NCBI GenBank assembly: GCA_035938265.1
Contig: DASZHA010000040.1
Coordinates: 1-61,204, forward strand
Length of the DNA: 61,204 bases
Direction: 5' to 3'
From: Candidatus Dormiibacterota bacterium
GTDB lineage: Bacteria; Chloroflexota; Dormibacteria; DASZGP01
Position 1 is the stretch's first letter; every line of letters starts with the position of its first letter. Under the pieces are notes generated by a model. That model was not told where the DNA came from, did not search any database, and was given only the letters and a program-made list of their open reading frames with translations. Shown here in pieces: positions 1-9,073 of the stretch. Both the position numbers and the translations under genes were made by a program.

Positions 1-527
1 TCGCCGGCCGCCCGGAAGACGGGGTCGACCGACGGCGGCACCGCGACCACGCGGTCGGCGGGCACTCCGTAGGTCGCAATGACCTCGTCGCGGACGTAGT
101 TGCTGACGGTCAGGATCCGCCGTGCCGTCCTGGCCGCGTGCCGGGCCTGGGTGCGAAACACCATGCGTTTCGCCGCCGAGAGCCACTCCGGGTGGTGCTC
201 GAAGCTCAGGTCATGGATGGTCACAACCATCGGCACCGGCTGGCGATAGGGCAGCCCATAGAAGGGGCAGTGGAAGACGCCGTCGAAGCCGCGCAGCGCG
301 GCCGGCACCGCCAGCTGCAGCCAGGCTGCGCCGGTGGGAAGAGGTGCCCGCAGAAACCGGGCGCGAGCCTCAGGCGGAATGTCGGCGTTGAGTCGGGGTG
401 AGAGTCGCTCATCCAGCAGGACCTGCATGTCCGCCCGGGCAACGAGGAAGGGCAGGATGTTGGCCACCGCCCGGCCAACCCCACCGACCGCGCCCTGGAG
501 GGTTCGGCCGTCCAGCGCCACCCGCAC
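1..527 (-). CDS. Glycosyltransferase family 4, 5' part only (gene runs off the left edge)
   Basis: Not in the ORF track because there is no stop in the window. My translation from GTG at 527 gives VRVALDGRTLQGAVGGVGRAVANILPFL...MVVTIHDLSFEHHPEWL...ILTVSNYVRDEVIATYGVPADRVVAVPPSVDP, a typical GT4 N-terminal domain. The start lies 4 nt after the stop of the upstream GT gene. Confidence 0.75.
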   Translation of the reverse strand, partial: MRVALDGRTLQGAVGGVGRAVANILPFLVARADMQVLLDERLSPRLNADIPPEARARFLRAPLPTGAAWLQLAVPAALRGFDGVFHCPFYGLPYRQPVPMVVTIHDLSFEHHPEWLSAAKRMVFRTQARHAARTARRILTVSNYVRDEVIATYGVPADRVVAVPPSVDPVFRAAG

Positions 528-530
528 CGG

Positions 531-1667
531 TCAGGCCGAGGACAGCCCGGCGGCCAGCCGGTAGACGTCGACGAGACGGTCGGTGCATCGGGCCCAGGTC
601 CAGGCGCGGGCGGCGGCCAGCCCGGCCTCCACCATACGGCGGCGCCGGTCGAGGTCGGTGAGCACCTCCGCAAGCCCACCCGCCAGGGCGTCGGCATCGC
701 CCGGGGTCACCAGCCGGAGGGCGCCCGACCCGATCTCGCGAGCCGAAGGTGTGTCGCTGGCGACCACCGGAACGCCAAAGGTCATGGCCTCCAGCACCGG
801 GAAGCCGAAGCCCTCAGCGAGGCTGGGCTGGCAGACGAGCGCGGCGCCACGATACAGGCGGGCAAGGGTCTCATCGGCGACGCCGCCGAGGAAGCGGATT
901 CGCCCGCCGCTATCAAGCTCGGTGACCCGCTCGCGGATGCTTGCCCCACGCCAGCCGTCGGGGCCGGCGACGAGGACCGTGGGAGCATCGCGGACCCTGC
1001 TCATGGCGATGGCGAGCAGGTCATACGCCTTGCGCGGCTCGATCACTCCGACGGCGAGGATGTAGGGCGCGGCGCTGCCGGCCTCCGGGCCCGGCGGCTG
1101 GTCAGCCCCCGCCGCCGACTCGAGCCCCGGACCGAAGGGGGTGACCAGGACGCGCCTGGGGTCGAGCTCACCGACCTCGACAACCTGGGCGGCGGTTGCC
1201 GTGCAGCTGGTCACGACAGCGGCGGCCTGCCGGGCGGCACGGAGCTGGTCCTGCTGGTATCGGCGGGCATGCGGTGGGAACAGATCCGGGTGGGTGATGG
1301 CCATGACGTCGTGGATGGTCATCACCAGGGGTCGCCGCGTCGGCGGTGGCTGCAGGTCGATCGAGTGGACAACGTCGACGTCCCCAGTGATCGCCTCGGC
1401 CCGCGGCACCCCCAGGGTGCGCCAGCTGAAATGAAGCACGCGCAGTGGCACCGGCAGCCGCCGCATCGCGGCTTCTGGCGCCGCCCCTCGACCGGCCCCA
1501 AACGCCGCCAGCTCCACGTCCTGGCGCTCCCGCAGGTGCCGCCAGGTTGCCAGGGCGTAGGCGCGCACACCGCCCGCGCTGACGATGGCGGGCGAGAGGT
1601 CGAGGGCGACCCGGAGCGCGGGCGCCTTCGCGGGCTGCCTGGCTACGTCAGCTGCCGCCAGCGTCAC
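531..1667 (-). CDS. Glycosyltransferase family 4
   Basis: Track ORF 531..1907. C-terminal GT4 signature EGFGFPVLEAMTFGVPVVASD. The first 80 codons of the track ORF are W/R-rich and overlap the upstream methyltransferase, so I moved the start to the in-frame GTG at 1667 (VTLAAADVARQPAKAPALRVALDLSP). Confidence 0.85.
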   Translation of the reverse strand: MTLAAADVARQPAKAPALRVALDLSPAIVSAGGVRAYALATWRHLRERQDVELAAFGAGRGAAPEAAMRRLPVPLRVLHFSWRTLGVPRAEAITGDVDVVHSIDLQPPPTRRPLVMTIHDVMAITHPDLFPPHARRYQQDQLRAARQAAAVVTSCTATAAQVVEVGELDPRRVLVTPFGPGLESAAGADQPPGPEAGSAAPYILAVGVIEPRKAYDLLAIAMSRVRDAPTVLVAGPDGWRGASIRERVTELDSGGRIRFLGGVADETLARLYRGAALVCQPSLAEGFGFPVLEAMTFGVPVVASDTPSAREIGSGALRLVTPGDADALAGGLAEVLTDLDRRRRMVEAGLAAARAWTWARCTDRLVDVYRLAAGLSSA

Positions 1668-2388
1668 TGAGTCCGGCCGGCTCAGCGGCGCGCTGCACGG
1701 CCACCAGCCAGCGATTGTGGGCCATCGGCCGGGACTCGCGTAGCCACCGGCGCCGTTCCACGACCAGCACCCGGTAGCCATGATCCTCGAGGACCTCGCG
1801 GCACTCATCCTCCAAGGCCTCCGAGTGAGTCTCCAGGACCACCGCGGGATGATGCCGGCGGAGCAGCTCACGCCCCCCCGCCAGGACCTCGATCTCCTCG
1901 CCCTCAACGTCGATCTTGAGCAGCGACGGGATTGGGAACCTGGCGCTGGTGACCAGGTCGTCCAGGGCCACCGTCGAATCGCCGCCGCGACCGACGCGGC
2001 TCCGCTCCAGCTGGATCCTGGGCCGCAGCTCAGGGTTCAGCGCGAGGTTGGTCCTGAAGCGCTCGGCGATGCCCGGGTCGGCCTCGAACGCCACCACCTC
2101 GCCCCCCGACCGGCGCGCAATCGCGAGGCTGTCATAGCCGATAGCGGCCCCGACGTCGTAGGCGGTCCCAGCTCCACGGCACAGCCGGCCGAGGTGCGAG
2201 TCGAGCTCGTGCTCGTAGAGCCCGACCGCCAGCATCAGCTCGTGCGAGAGGTCAAGCTGGAGGCGGACGCCGCGCCCCAGGCCAAAGGGCACTCGGACCA
2301 CCCGCGTCCCCGCGCGCGCAGCCAGAGCCTTGATGGTGCGACGGATGCGTCCACCGGCCATCGTCGCCGGTTGTTCGACATCAGACAC
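1648..2388 (-). CDS. FkbM-family SAM-dependent methyltransferase
   Basis: Motifs VVAFEADPGIAERF and LLKIDVEGEEIEVLAGG are typical of Methyltransf_21/FkbM. The GTG start overlaps the upstream stop by 8 nt. Confidence 0.85.
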   Translation of the reverse strand: MSDVEQPATMAGGRIRRTIKALAARAGTRVVRVPFGLGRGVRLQLDLSHELMLAVGLYEHELDSHLGRLCRGAGTAYDVGAAIGYDSLAIARRSGGEVVAFEADPGIAERFRTNLALNPELRPRIQLERSRVGRGGDSTVALDDLVTSARFPIPSLLKIDVEGEEIEVLAGGRELLRRHHPAVVLETHSEALEDECREVLEDHGYRVLVVERRRWLRESRPMAHNRWLVAVQRAAEPAGLSDAGGS

Positions 2389-3895
2389 GCGCCCGGCGGG
2401 GACCTCGCCAACGCGGCCCCACGACCACTTCGGTGGCGGCGACCTCTGTGGGAGCCTCCGCCTCGGGCGCCACCAGGGGCACCGCCAGCGCCAGGCCGAT
2501 AAGGGTCCACAGTGAATAAGAGACGACCTGGTCGCCGTAGACCCTCAGGACAACCCCGACCACGCTCAGGCCGGCGGCCGCCACCATGGCCTCCATGGCC
2601 AGCGGGTTGCTCTCCCTGGTCCGTCGCCAGAGCTCCGCCAGGCAGAGCCACAGGAGGGCGATGAACAGCAGCATCCCCAAGACACCGATCTCCAGTCCGA
2701 CCTGGAAGTACCAGCTCTCCGCCGTGATGGAGGCGGCGTCAGAAAGCCTCTGCGACGCCAGCCCGCCCCCGGTGGCCAGGCCGCTCCCGCCCGGGTGGGC
2801 CAGCAGCAGCGCCATGTCGGTGCTCAGCTGCTCGAGGTGCCCCTGGGTGCTGGTGGCGCCGGTGTCGATGGCATCAGACAGGTGGGAGCCCAATGCCACC
2901 GCGCTGGCCACCGGCCAGAGGATGCCCGCGGCCAGCAGCATCCCTCCCATCCGCCGGGTGCTTCGCCGGCCCAGCACGAGCGCCACCAGCAGCATCAGTG
3001 GCATTGCGGTGATGGCGCTGCGAGTTAGGGTGAGCAGGACCCCCGCGGCGCACACGATCCCCAGGACAACCTCGAAGCGGCGGGCCCGACCGCTCACCAC
3101 CCGCCCGATGATGATGCCGACCGGGATCAGCAGGTAGAACGCCAGGCTGAGCGGGTTCAAGAACAGCGAACCGGTACGAATGAACTCCTGGTCGCCGAGA
3201 TGTCCGATTTCTGCCCCCGGGATACGCGCGATGTTGAAGACCTGTTCCTGGTATTCCTGCAGCCCTGACGCCGAGATCCACGCAGACCACCCGGCGTTAT
3301 CGAAGTGGTCCCAGAAGGCCAGGCCCCCCAGCACAGCGCCGGCCGCCAGCAGGGTAACCACCAGCCGCGGACCCAGGCGTTCCCCCAGGGGCAGATGACG
3401 TGCCGCCAGGAACAAGAACAGGTAGGAGGCGATCTCGCGGGCGCCCAGCAGCCGCGCATACAACGACGGCCCCAAGGGCAGAACGATGTAGAGAGCGGTC
3501 AAAAGGATGAAGGCGATGGTGATGTTGTCGATCGCCGTGCGGCGGTGCATTCCCGAAACAAGCACCTTGGCGCCGAGGCTGATGACCACCACCTCCTTCC
3601 AAAAACGGAGCGGAGCGAGGATGGAGACTGGCACCCCCCAGACCAGCAGACGCCCGAAGATGGTGGGGTAGAAGGGCATCAGCGCGGCAAGGCCGAGCAG
3701 GCCCAGGTCGGGACGCCGCCACACTATGGAGGCAAGCACGCCGGCGAGGCCCAGTCCGATGATCAAGGTGGCGGCGTCAGGTTGCTGCGCCGAGGTGTAG
3801 CCCATCACCGTGCCCACGACCATTGCCCCGAGGATCAGCCCCAGGACGACCAGGTCCGGGCGGACCCGGCCGTCGCGCCGGATGAGCCCCATCAC
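2381..3895 (-). CDS. O-antigen ligase/polymerase-like (Wzy_C type) polytopic membrane protein
   Basis: 504 aa with about 10-12 hydrophobic helices and a central LTLTRSAITAMPLMLLVALVLG segment like the O-antigen ligase domain. Embedded in the glycosyltransferase locus. Confidence 0.7.
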   Translation of the reverse strand: MMGLIRRDGRVRPDLVVLGLILGAMVVGTVMGYTSAQQPDAATLIIGLGLAGVLASIVWRRPDLGLLGLAALMPFYPTIFGRLLVWGVPVSILAPLRFWKEVVVISLGAKVLVSGMHRRTAIDNITIAFILLTALYIVLPLGPSLYARLLGAREIASYLFLFLAARHLPLGERLGPRLVVTLLAAGAVLGGLAFWDHFDNAGWSAWISASGLQEYQEQVFNIARIPGAEIGHLGDQEFIRTGSLFLNPLSLAFYLLIPVGIIIGRVVSGRARRFEVVLGIVCAAGVLLTLTRSAITAMPLMLLVALVLGRRSTRRMGGMLLAAGILWPVASAVALGSHLSDAIDTGATSTQGHLEQLSTDMALLLAHPGGSGLATGGGLASQRLSDAASITAESWYFQVGLEIGVLGMLLFIALLWLCLAELWRRTRESNPLAMEAMVAAAGLSVVGVVLRVYGDQVVSYSLWTLIGLALAVPLVAPEAEAPTEVAATEVVVGPRWRGPRRARV

Positions 3896-4965
3896 GCCGC
3901 CACCTCGAGGTACAGCCGGATGTGCCTCTCCGCGCTTCGTCGCCAGTCGAAGGCCTGGGCGCGGCGCAAGCCGCTTTCAGACAGGGCCAACCATCGAGAC
4001 TGGTCCCGCAGCAGCGCCAGGATCTCTTCGGTCATAGCGGACACGTTGCCATCTGGCACGATGACGCCACCGTCGCCAACAACCTCGGGAATGGCGGTGT
4101 TGTCGAATCCCACAACGGGAACACCGCTGGCCATCGCCTCGACCAAGGGAAGGCCGAACCCTTCCATGTGACTGGTCACGACCAGCGCCGAAGCTCCCTG
4201 GTACACACGCGCCAAGTGCTGTTCGGGTACGTAGTCAAGGAGATCAATACGCTCCGACGCGCCTGACTCGGCAACCAGTCGTTCCACCTGAGGGCGAACC
4301 CAGGCCGCGAGGCGCCCGACAACCTTGAGGCGGTGCGGCAGACCCGCGGACCGTAGGTGTGACGCGACCTGGAAAGCCTCCGGATAGCCTTTCCACGGGC
4401 CGTACTCGCTGACCATAAGGATGTACGGGTCACCCTCGTCGCGCACCGAGGGCTCCGGGCGAAAGCGAGCGTCGACACCATGATGAACAGCATGTACCTG
4501 GCCCGGGTCACAGCCGAGGAGCTCGACCACTACACGTCGGGCATATTCTGACGGGGTGATGATCGCCGCGGCGGAACAAATCCGCGTAGCCAACCTCCGC
4601 CAGCGCTCCCGGTCGGCTACGAGGGAGGGGTGTTCGGTGGCGTCGTGCATGGTTTGAATCCAGGGTCGGTCCATCCGCCGAGGCGGCTCCTGCGACGGAC
4701 TGTGGTAGACGTCGAAACTCAACCGTCGTAGGTCGCCGGGAAGCCGTAACCGGTGTTCACGGCTCGCGAAGCGATTCGACAGGCGGCGACTGACACGCTC
4801 GGCACGGAGCCCCGTCGGCAGCGCGGTGTCGCCAGTCACCAGGACGGAGACGTCAAGGCCTGGCGGCGGCTGCATGTGGTCAACCAGCTGGCGGAGATAG
4901 ACGCCGATGCCGCGAAAGCGGTTGCCGTCGTACAGCGCCCGACCATCGATGAGGACCCGGGTCAC
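3892..4965 (-). CDS. Glycosyltransferase family 4
   Basis: Signature TSHMEGFGLPLVEAMASGVPVVGFDNTAIPEVV. N-terminal RVLIDGRAL...GIGVYLRQL is typical of GT4. Confidence 0.9.
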   Translation of the reverse strand: MTRVLIDGRALYDGNRFRGIGVYLRQLVDHMQPPPGLDVSVLVTGDTALPTGLRAERVSRRLSNRFASREHRLRLPGDLRRLSFDVYHSPSQEPPRRMDRPWIQTMHDATEHPSLVADRERWRRLATRICSAAAIITPSEYARRVVVELLGCDPGQVHAVHHGVDARFRPEPSVRDEGDPYILMVSEYGPWKGYPEAFQVASHLRSAGLPHRLKVVGRLAAWVRPQVERLVAESGASERIDLLDYVPEQHLARVYQGASALVVTSHMEGFGLPLVEAMASGVPVVGFDNTAIPEVVGDGGVIVPDGNVSAMTEEILALLRDQSRWLALSESGLRRAQAFDWRRSAERHIRLYLEVAA

Positions 4966-5007
4966 ACCCAGAGTGTATTTGGCGCGGGGCTTCGCGCCGC
5001 CAAGCGG

Positions 5008-5958
5008 CTATATGGTGATCGGCTGAAGCAGGTGCGTGTGGTAGTGCAGGACCACGGCGGCAACAGCCGCAAAACCCACGACCAGCACCAGGATCACGCG
5101 GTCGCTCACCAGGAGCTCGTCTGGAGGCCGGTCCGCGGTATGGCTGATCTGCAGGTAGCGGAGGATTCCAACCAGGACCAGCGGCCATGTCAGGATCATG
5201 TCGCTTGAATTGAGGCGGCTGCTGATGCTGACGGCATAGATCGCGTATAGCACGATGATGCTGGCCGCCAGGACCGATAGCAGCTGGTCCAGCATCGCCA
5301 CGGAGTAGATGCGCAAGCTCCTCCGCACCATGCCGAAGTCCTCGCCGAGGAGCGACAGCTCGGCGCGTCGCTTTCCAAATCCCAACATCACCGCCAGCAG
5401 CAGGGTGAGGGCCAGGAACCACGGGGACATGGGGACGTGGCTTGCTGCCGCCCCGGCGATGGCCCGCAGGACGAACCCCACCGCGATGATGAAGACGTCC
5501 AGCGGTGCCTGGGAACGGCCCCAGTGGGAGTAGACGATCATCAGGGCGACGTAGATCAGGATCAGGACAGCGACCGCAGGCGCAGCCAGGTAGCCGACCG
5601 CGACCGCTGCCAGGGCCAGGATCACCGCGACGGCCACCGCGGTGCGACCGCCAACCTCGCCGCTGGCGATTGGGCGGCTGCGCTTCAGCGGGTGAGCGCG
5701 GTCGACCTCGGCGTCCAGGAGGTCGTTGTAAACGTAGCCGGCGCTGCTCACCAGGCAGAAGGCGGCAACCGCCAGCAGCGTGTGGCCCAGCACGTCGGGT
5801 CGGGTCAGCTCGGCGGCAAAGAGCGGGGCCGCCAGGACAAGAAGGTTCTTGGTCCACTGACGCGGCCGAAGCAGCGTCCATACGGCAAACGACGTGCGCC
5901 ACCAGGTGCGCCGATCAGTCGTTTGCTGGCTCGATCCAGCCACGGTCCGAGGTTGCAC
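5008..5958 (-). CDS. UbiA-family prenyltransferase, decaprenyl-phosphate 5-phosphoribosyltransferase-like
   Basis: RPRQWTKNLLVLAAPLFAAEL and YVYNDLLDAEVDRAHPLKRSRPIASGEV closely resemble the mycobacterial Rv3806c-type enzyme. Multiple TM helices. Confidence 0.85.
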   Translation of the reverse strand: MQPRTVAGSSQQTTDRRTWWRTSFAVWTLLRPRQWTKNLLVLAAPLFAAELTRPDVLGHTLLAVAAFCLVSSAGYVYNDLLDAEVDRAHPLKRSRPIASGEVGGRTAVAVAVILALAAVAVGYLAAPAVAVLILIYVALMIVYSHWGRSQAPLDVFIIAVGFVLRAIAGAAASHVPMSPWFLALTLLLAVMLGFGKRRAELSLLGEDFGMVRRSLRIYSVAMLDQLLSVLAASIIVLYAIYAVSISSRLNSSDMILTWPLVLVGILRYLQISHTADRPPDELLVSDRVILVLVVGFAAVAAVVLHYHTHLLQPITI

Positions 5959-6008
5959 GACGTCAGCGTAACGCTCAGAAGCACGCCGGGCATCTTAGAG
6001 TTGGCGGG

Positions 6009-7391
6009 TTGAAGACCTCGATCGTGGACACGCATCAACAATTGACGGGGTGGGGCCGCACAGCGCCCACCCTGGCCGACGTGCGCCGCCCCCAGCGTGC
6101 CGATGAGATCGCCGCTCTGCTGAGCCAGGCACCCTCCCGAGGCGCGATTCCGAGAGGGCTCGGACGAAGCTACGGCGACGCTGCCCAGAACGGAGGTGGG
6201 CTGGTCATCGAGACCGGGGAGCTGGATGACATCCTGGAGTTCGATCCAGAGCAGGGCGTGGCCACCGGGAAGTCGGGTCTGAGCCTCGCCGCGTTGATTC
6301 GTGCGGTCCTGCCCCATGGGTGGTTCATCCCGGTCAGCCCGGGGACACGGCAGGTAACCCTGGGTGGCGCCGTGGCCGCCGATGTGCACGGCAAGAACCA
6401 GCACCGAGACGGCAATTTCTGCGACCACGTCGAGGCGGTCGAGCTGCACAGCCCGGCGCGCGCGGCCACCATCACGCGCGATTCGGATGCCGACGTCTTC
6501 GGGGCGACAGCCGGCGGCATGGGGCTCACCGGGGTCATCAGCACCGTCCGGCTTCGGCTCATGCGGGTCGAGACCGCCTGGATGGTCGCCCGCGTTCGTC
6601 GACTCCCGAACCTTGAGGCACTGCTCGTCGAGATGACCGACCTGGACGACAGGTTCCAGTACTCGGTGGCGTGGGTCGACTGCCGGGCGCGCGGGCGCAA
6701 CCAGGTGCGGGCGGTCCTAACCCTGGGAGGCCACGCCCAGATGGATGACCTCGATCCCAGGAGACGACGCCAGGACCCGCTGAGATACCGCGACAGCACA
6801 TGGATGACGGTCCCCTGGGAGCTGCCCTCGGGTGTGCTCAATCCCGCCAGCCTGGCGGCCTTCAACGAGGTTGTGTATCGGCGAGCGCCGGCGACCGCCC
6901 GGACGGGATTGACGGGCATTGGCCCCTTCTTCTACCCGCTGGACGTGGTCTCGGGTTGGAACCGCGTCTACGGCAAACGCGGGTTCCTGCAATACCAGTT
7001 CGTCGTCCCATTCGGGGCTGAACAGGTCCTTCGTGAGGCGCTGGACATGCTCAGCCAGGCCGGGTCGCCGCCCAGCCTGTCGGTCCTCAAAAGGTTCGGC
7101 CGAACGGCATTCGGGCACCTCGGTTTCCCGATGCCCGGTTGGACGTTTGCGCTGGACGTCCCGGTTGGGGGTGGCGACCTCGACCGCGCTCTTTGCAGCC
7201 TGGATGAGAAAGTGGCCCAGGCCGGAGGTCGGGTCTACCTGGCCAAGGACTCCCGGCTGCGTCGCGAGCTGCTGCCCGTGATGTACCCGCGGCTTGCCGA
7301 ATGGCGCGCGATCCAGGCGGAGCTCGACCCCGGCGGCGTCCTTCAGTCCGACCTCAGCCGCAGGCTCGCCATGGTGCCGGCGCGGGGATGA
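6009..7391 (+). CDS. dprE1: FAD-dependent decaprenylphosphoryl-beta-D-ribose oxidase-like (DprE1-like)
   Basis: Track ORF 5505..7391. The conserved part begins at TTG 6009 or GTG 6024 (VDTHQQLTGWGRTAP...). PRGLGRSYGDAAQNGGGLVIE matches the DprE1 FAD-binding motif. The upstream 170 codons are antisense to the UbiA gene and low complexity. Confidence 0.85.
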   Translation: MKTSIVDTHQQLTGWGRTAPTLADVRRPQRADEIAALLSQAPSRGAIPRGLGRSYGDAAQNGGGLVIETGELDDILEFDPEQGVATGKSGLSLAALIRAVLPHGWFIPVSPGTRQVTLGGAVAADVHGKNQHRDGNFCDHVEAVELHSPARAATITRDSDADVFGATAGGMGLTGVISTVRLRLMRVETAWMVARVRRLPNLEALLVEMTDLDDRFQYSVAWVDCRARGRNQVRAVLTLGGHAQMDDLDPRRRRQDPLRYRDSTWMTVPWELPSGVLNPASLAAFNEVVYRRAPATARTGLTGIGPFFYPLDVVSGWNRVYGKRGFLQYQFVVPFGAEQVLREALDMLSQAGSPPSLSVLKRFGRTAFGHLGFPMPGWTFALDVPVGGGDLDRALCSLDEKVAQAGGRVYLAKDSRLRRELLPVMYPRLAEWRAIQAELDPGGVLQSDLSRRLAMVPARG

Positions 7392-8143
7392 ACTCACTGG
7401 TGCCAATCGAGTCGGTCCTAGTCCTGGGCGGAACTTCGGAGATCGGGGAGAGCACGGCGGCCGAGCTGGTCCGCCACGGCGCCCGCAGGATCGTCCTTGC
7501 GGGCCGGGACGTCGATGCCCTGCGGGAGGTGGGGGAGCGGCTGCGGGCGAATGGCGCCGGCCAGGTCGAGCTCATCGCCTTCGACGCCACCGCCACCGAG
7601 ACGCACGATGACGTGGTGCGGCGGGCGTTCTCGGACTTCGGCGACATCGACCTGGCCCTTATCGCATTCGGCATCCTGGGTGACCAGGAGATAGCGGAGC
7701 AGAGCGCGGCGGCGGCGCTCGAACTCGTCACCACCAATTTCGAGGGCGCGGTATCGGTCGCCATTCCGCTGGTTCGCGAGATGAGGCGGCAGGGCCATGG
7801 GCACATCGCGGTGCTGTCATCGGTGGCCGCGGAGAGACCGCGGCGGGCCAACTTCGTCTATGGCTCGTCGAAAGCCGGGCTGGACGCGTTCTTCCAGGGC
7901 CTGTCGGACAGCCTGGCCGGCAGTGGAGTCCACGTCATGGTGGTGCGGCCCGGCTTCGTCCACACCAAGATGACCGTCTCGTCGCCGCCGGCGCCACTGG
8001 CGACGACCCCCGAGGCGGTGGCTCGTGCCATCCGGCGCGGACTGGAGCGTGGCGCCGGGACGATATGGATCCCGGGCAAGCTTCGCTGGGTGATGAGTGG
8101 GATGCGCCATCTGCCGCGACCGCTCTTCCGCCGCATCACCTGA
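7388..8143 (+). CDS. dprE2: Short-chain dehydrogenase, decaprenylphospho-2-keto-pentose reductase-like (DprE2-like)
   Basis: Track ORF 7301..8143. ATG 7388 overlaps the dprE1-like stop (ATGA). MNSLVPIESVLVLGGTSEIGEST Rossmann motif, with SSVAAERPRRANFVYGSSKAGLD (SDR YxxxK). Confidence 0.85.
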   Translation: MNSLVPIESVLVLGGTSEIGESTAAELVRHGARRIVLAGRDVDALREVGERLRANGAGQVELIAFDATATETHDDVVRRAFSDFGDIDLALIAFGILGDQEIAEQSAAAALELVTTNFEGAVSVAIPLVREMRRQGHGHIAVLSSVAAERPRRANFVYGSSKAGLDAFFQGLSDSLAGSGVHVMVVRPGFVHTKMTVSSPPAPLATTPEAVARAIRRGLERGAGTIWIPGKLRWVMSGMRHLPRPLFRRIT

Positions 8144-8199
8144 CCGGGGCGACGGTGTCCAAGACCGCACCCGCAGCCTCCAGGTCCGAGGGGCCCCGG

Positions 8200-9069
8200 A
8201 TGTCAGTGGTGATCGTCAACCGGGATGCCCGGGAGGCACTGCTTCAATGCCTGGGGTCCATCAAGCGTTTCCCGCCGGCGGTCGCCTGGGAGGCGATCGT
8301 CGTCGACAACAACTCGTCCGACGGCAGCGTGACCGCCACGGCCGGGGACTTCCCGGAGACCAGGGTCATCGCCAATGCCGACAACCGCGGCCTGGCCCGC
8401 GCCAACAACCAGGGGATGGCGGCAGCGCGGGGGGAGGTGGTGTTGATCAGCAACCCGGACGTGGTGTTCACTGCGGGCGCGCTGGACGCCCTCTGGTCGG
8501 CGATGCAGCGGCACCCTCGGGCGGCGTTCATCGTGCCGCGACTGGTTCATCCGGACGGCAGCCTGCAGACCAGCGCCGGGGACCTTCCCCGGCTGCGGGA
8601 AGCCCTCCTCGGTCGCGGTGCCAACCGACAGGCCGCGGCGGCCCGAGCTGATACCGCCGCCGGGTTCTGGTGGGACGGCTGGGCCCACGACGAGGAGCGG
8701 AGAATCGGCCACGGCGCGGAGGCCTGCTACCTCGTCCGGAGGGCGGCGATGGCCGAGATCGGGCCGCAGGACGAGCGGTTCTTCCTGGATTGGGAAGGCG
8801 TCGAATGGAGCGCCCGCGCTCAACGTCACGGCTGGGAGGTGTGGTTCACGCCCACCGCGGAGGTTGTGCACGTTGGCGGCACCAGCATCAAGCAGGCGCA
8901 GCTGCGCTGGGTGGTCTGGTCACACCAGGGCCTCTACCGCTACTTCCGAGCCCAGTCGCCCGCCCTGCTCCGACCCCCCCTGGCGGCTCTCATCTCGCTG
9001 CGTGCCGGGGTGAAAATCGCGTCCCTGGTCGCCGGGCAGCCGTTGTACGACCGGGCCAACCGAGGCTGA
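8200..9069 (+). CDS. Glycosyltransferase family 2
   Basis: Track ORF 8065..9069. MSVVIVNRDAREALLQCLGSI...VVDNNSSDGS...NRGLARANNQG is a classic GT2 N-terminus. The start could also be GTG 8155. Confidence 0.85.
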   Translation: MSVVIVNRDAREALLQCLGSIKRFPPAVAWEAIVVDNNSSDGSVTATAGDFPETRVIANADNRGLARANNQGMAAARGEVVLISNPDVVFTAGALDALWSAMQRHPRAAFIVPRLVHPDGSLQTSAGDLPRLREALLGRGANRQAAAARADTAAGFWWDGWAHDEERRIGHGAEACYLVRRAAMAEIGPQDERFFLDWEGVEWSARAQRHGWEVWFTPTAEVVHVGGTSIKQAQLRWVVWSHQGLYRYFRAQSPALLRPPLAALISLRAGVKIASLVAGQPLYDRANRG

Positions 9070-9073
9070 GCGC

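Noticed and set aside
5505-6008. 170-codon N-terminal extension of the DprE1-like ORF
   Set aside because: It is R/P/G-rich low complexity and antisense to the UbiA-type gene. Homology to DprE1 begins at 6009/6024.
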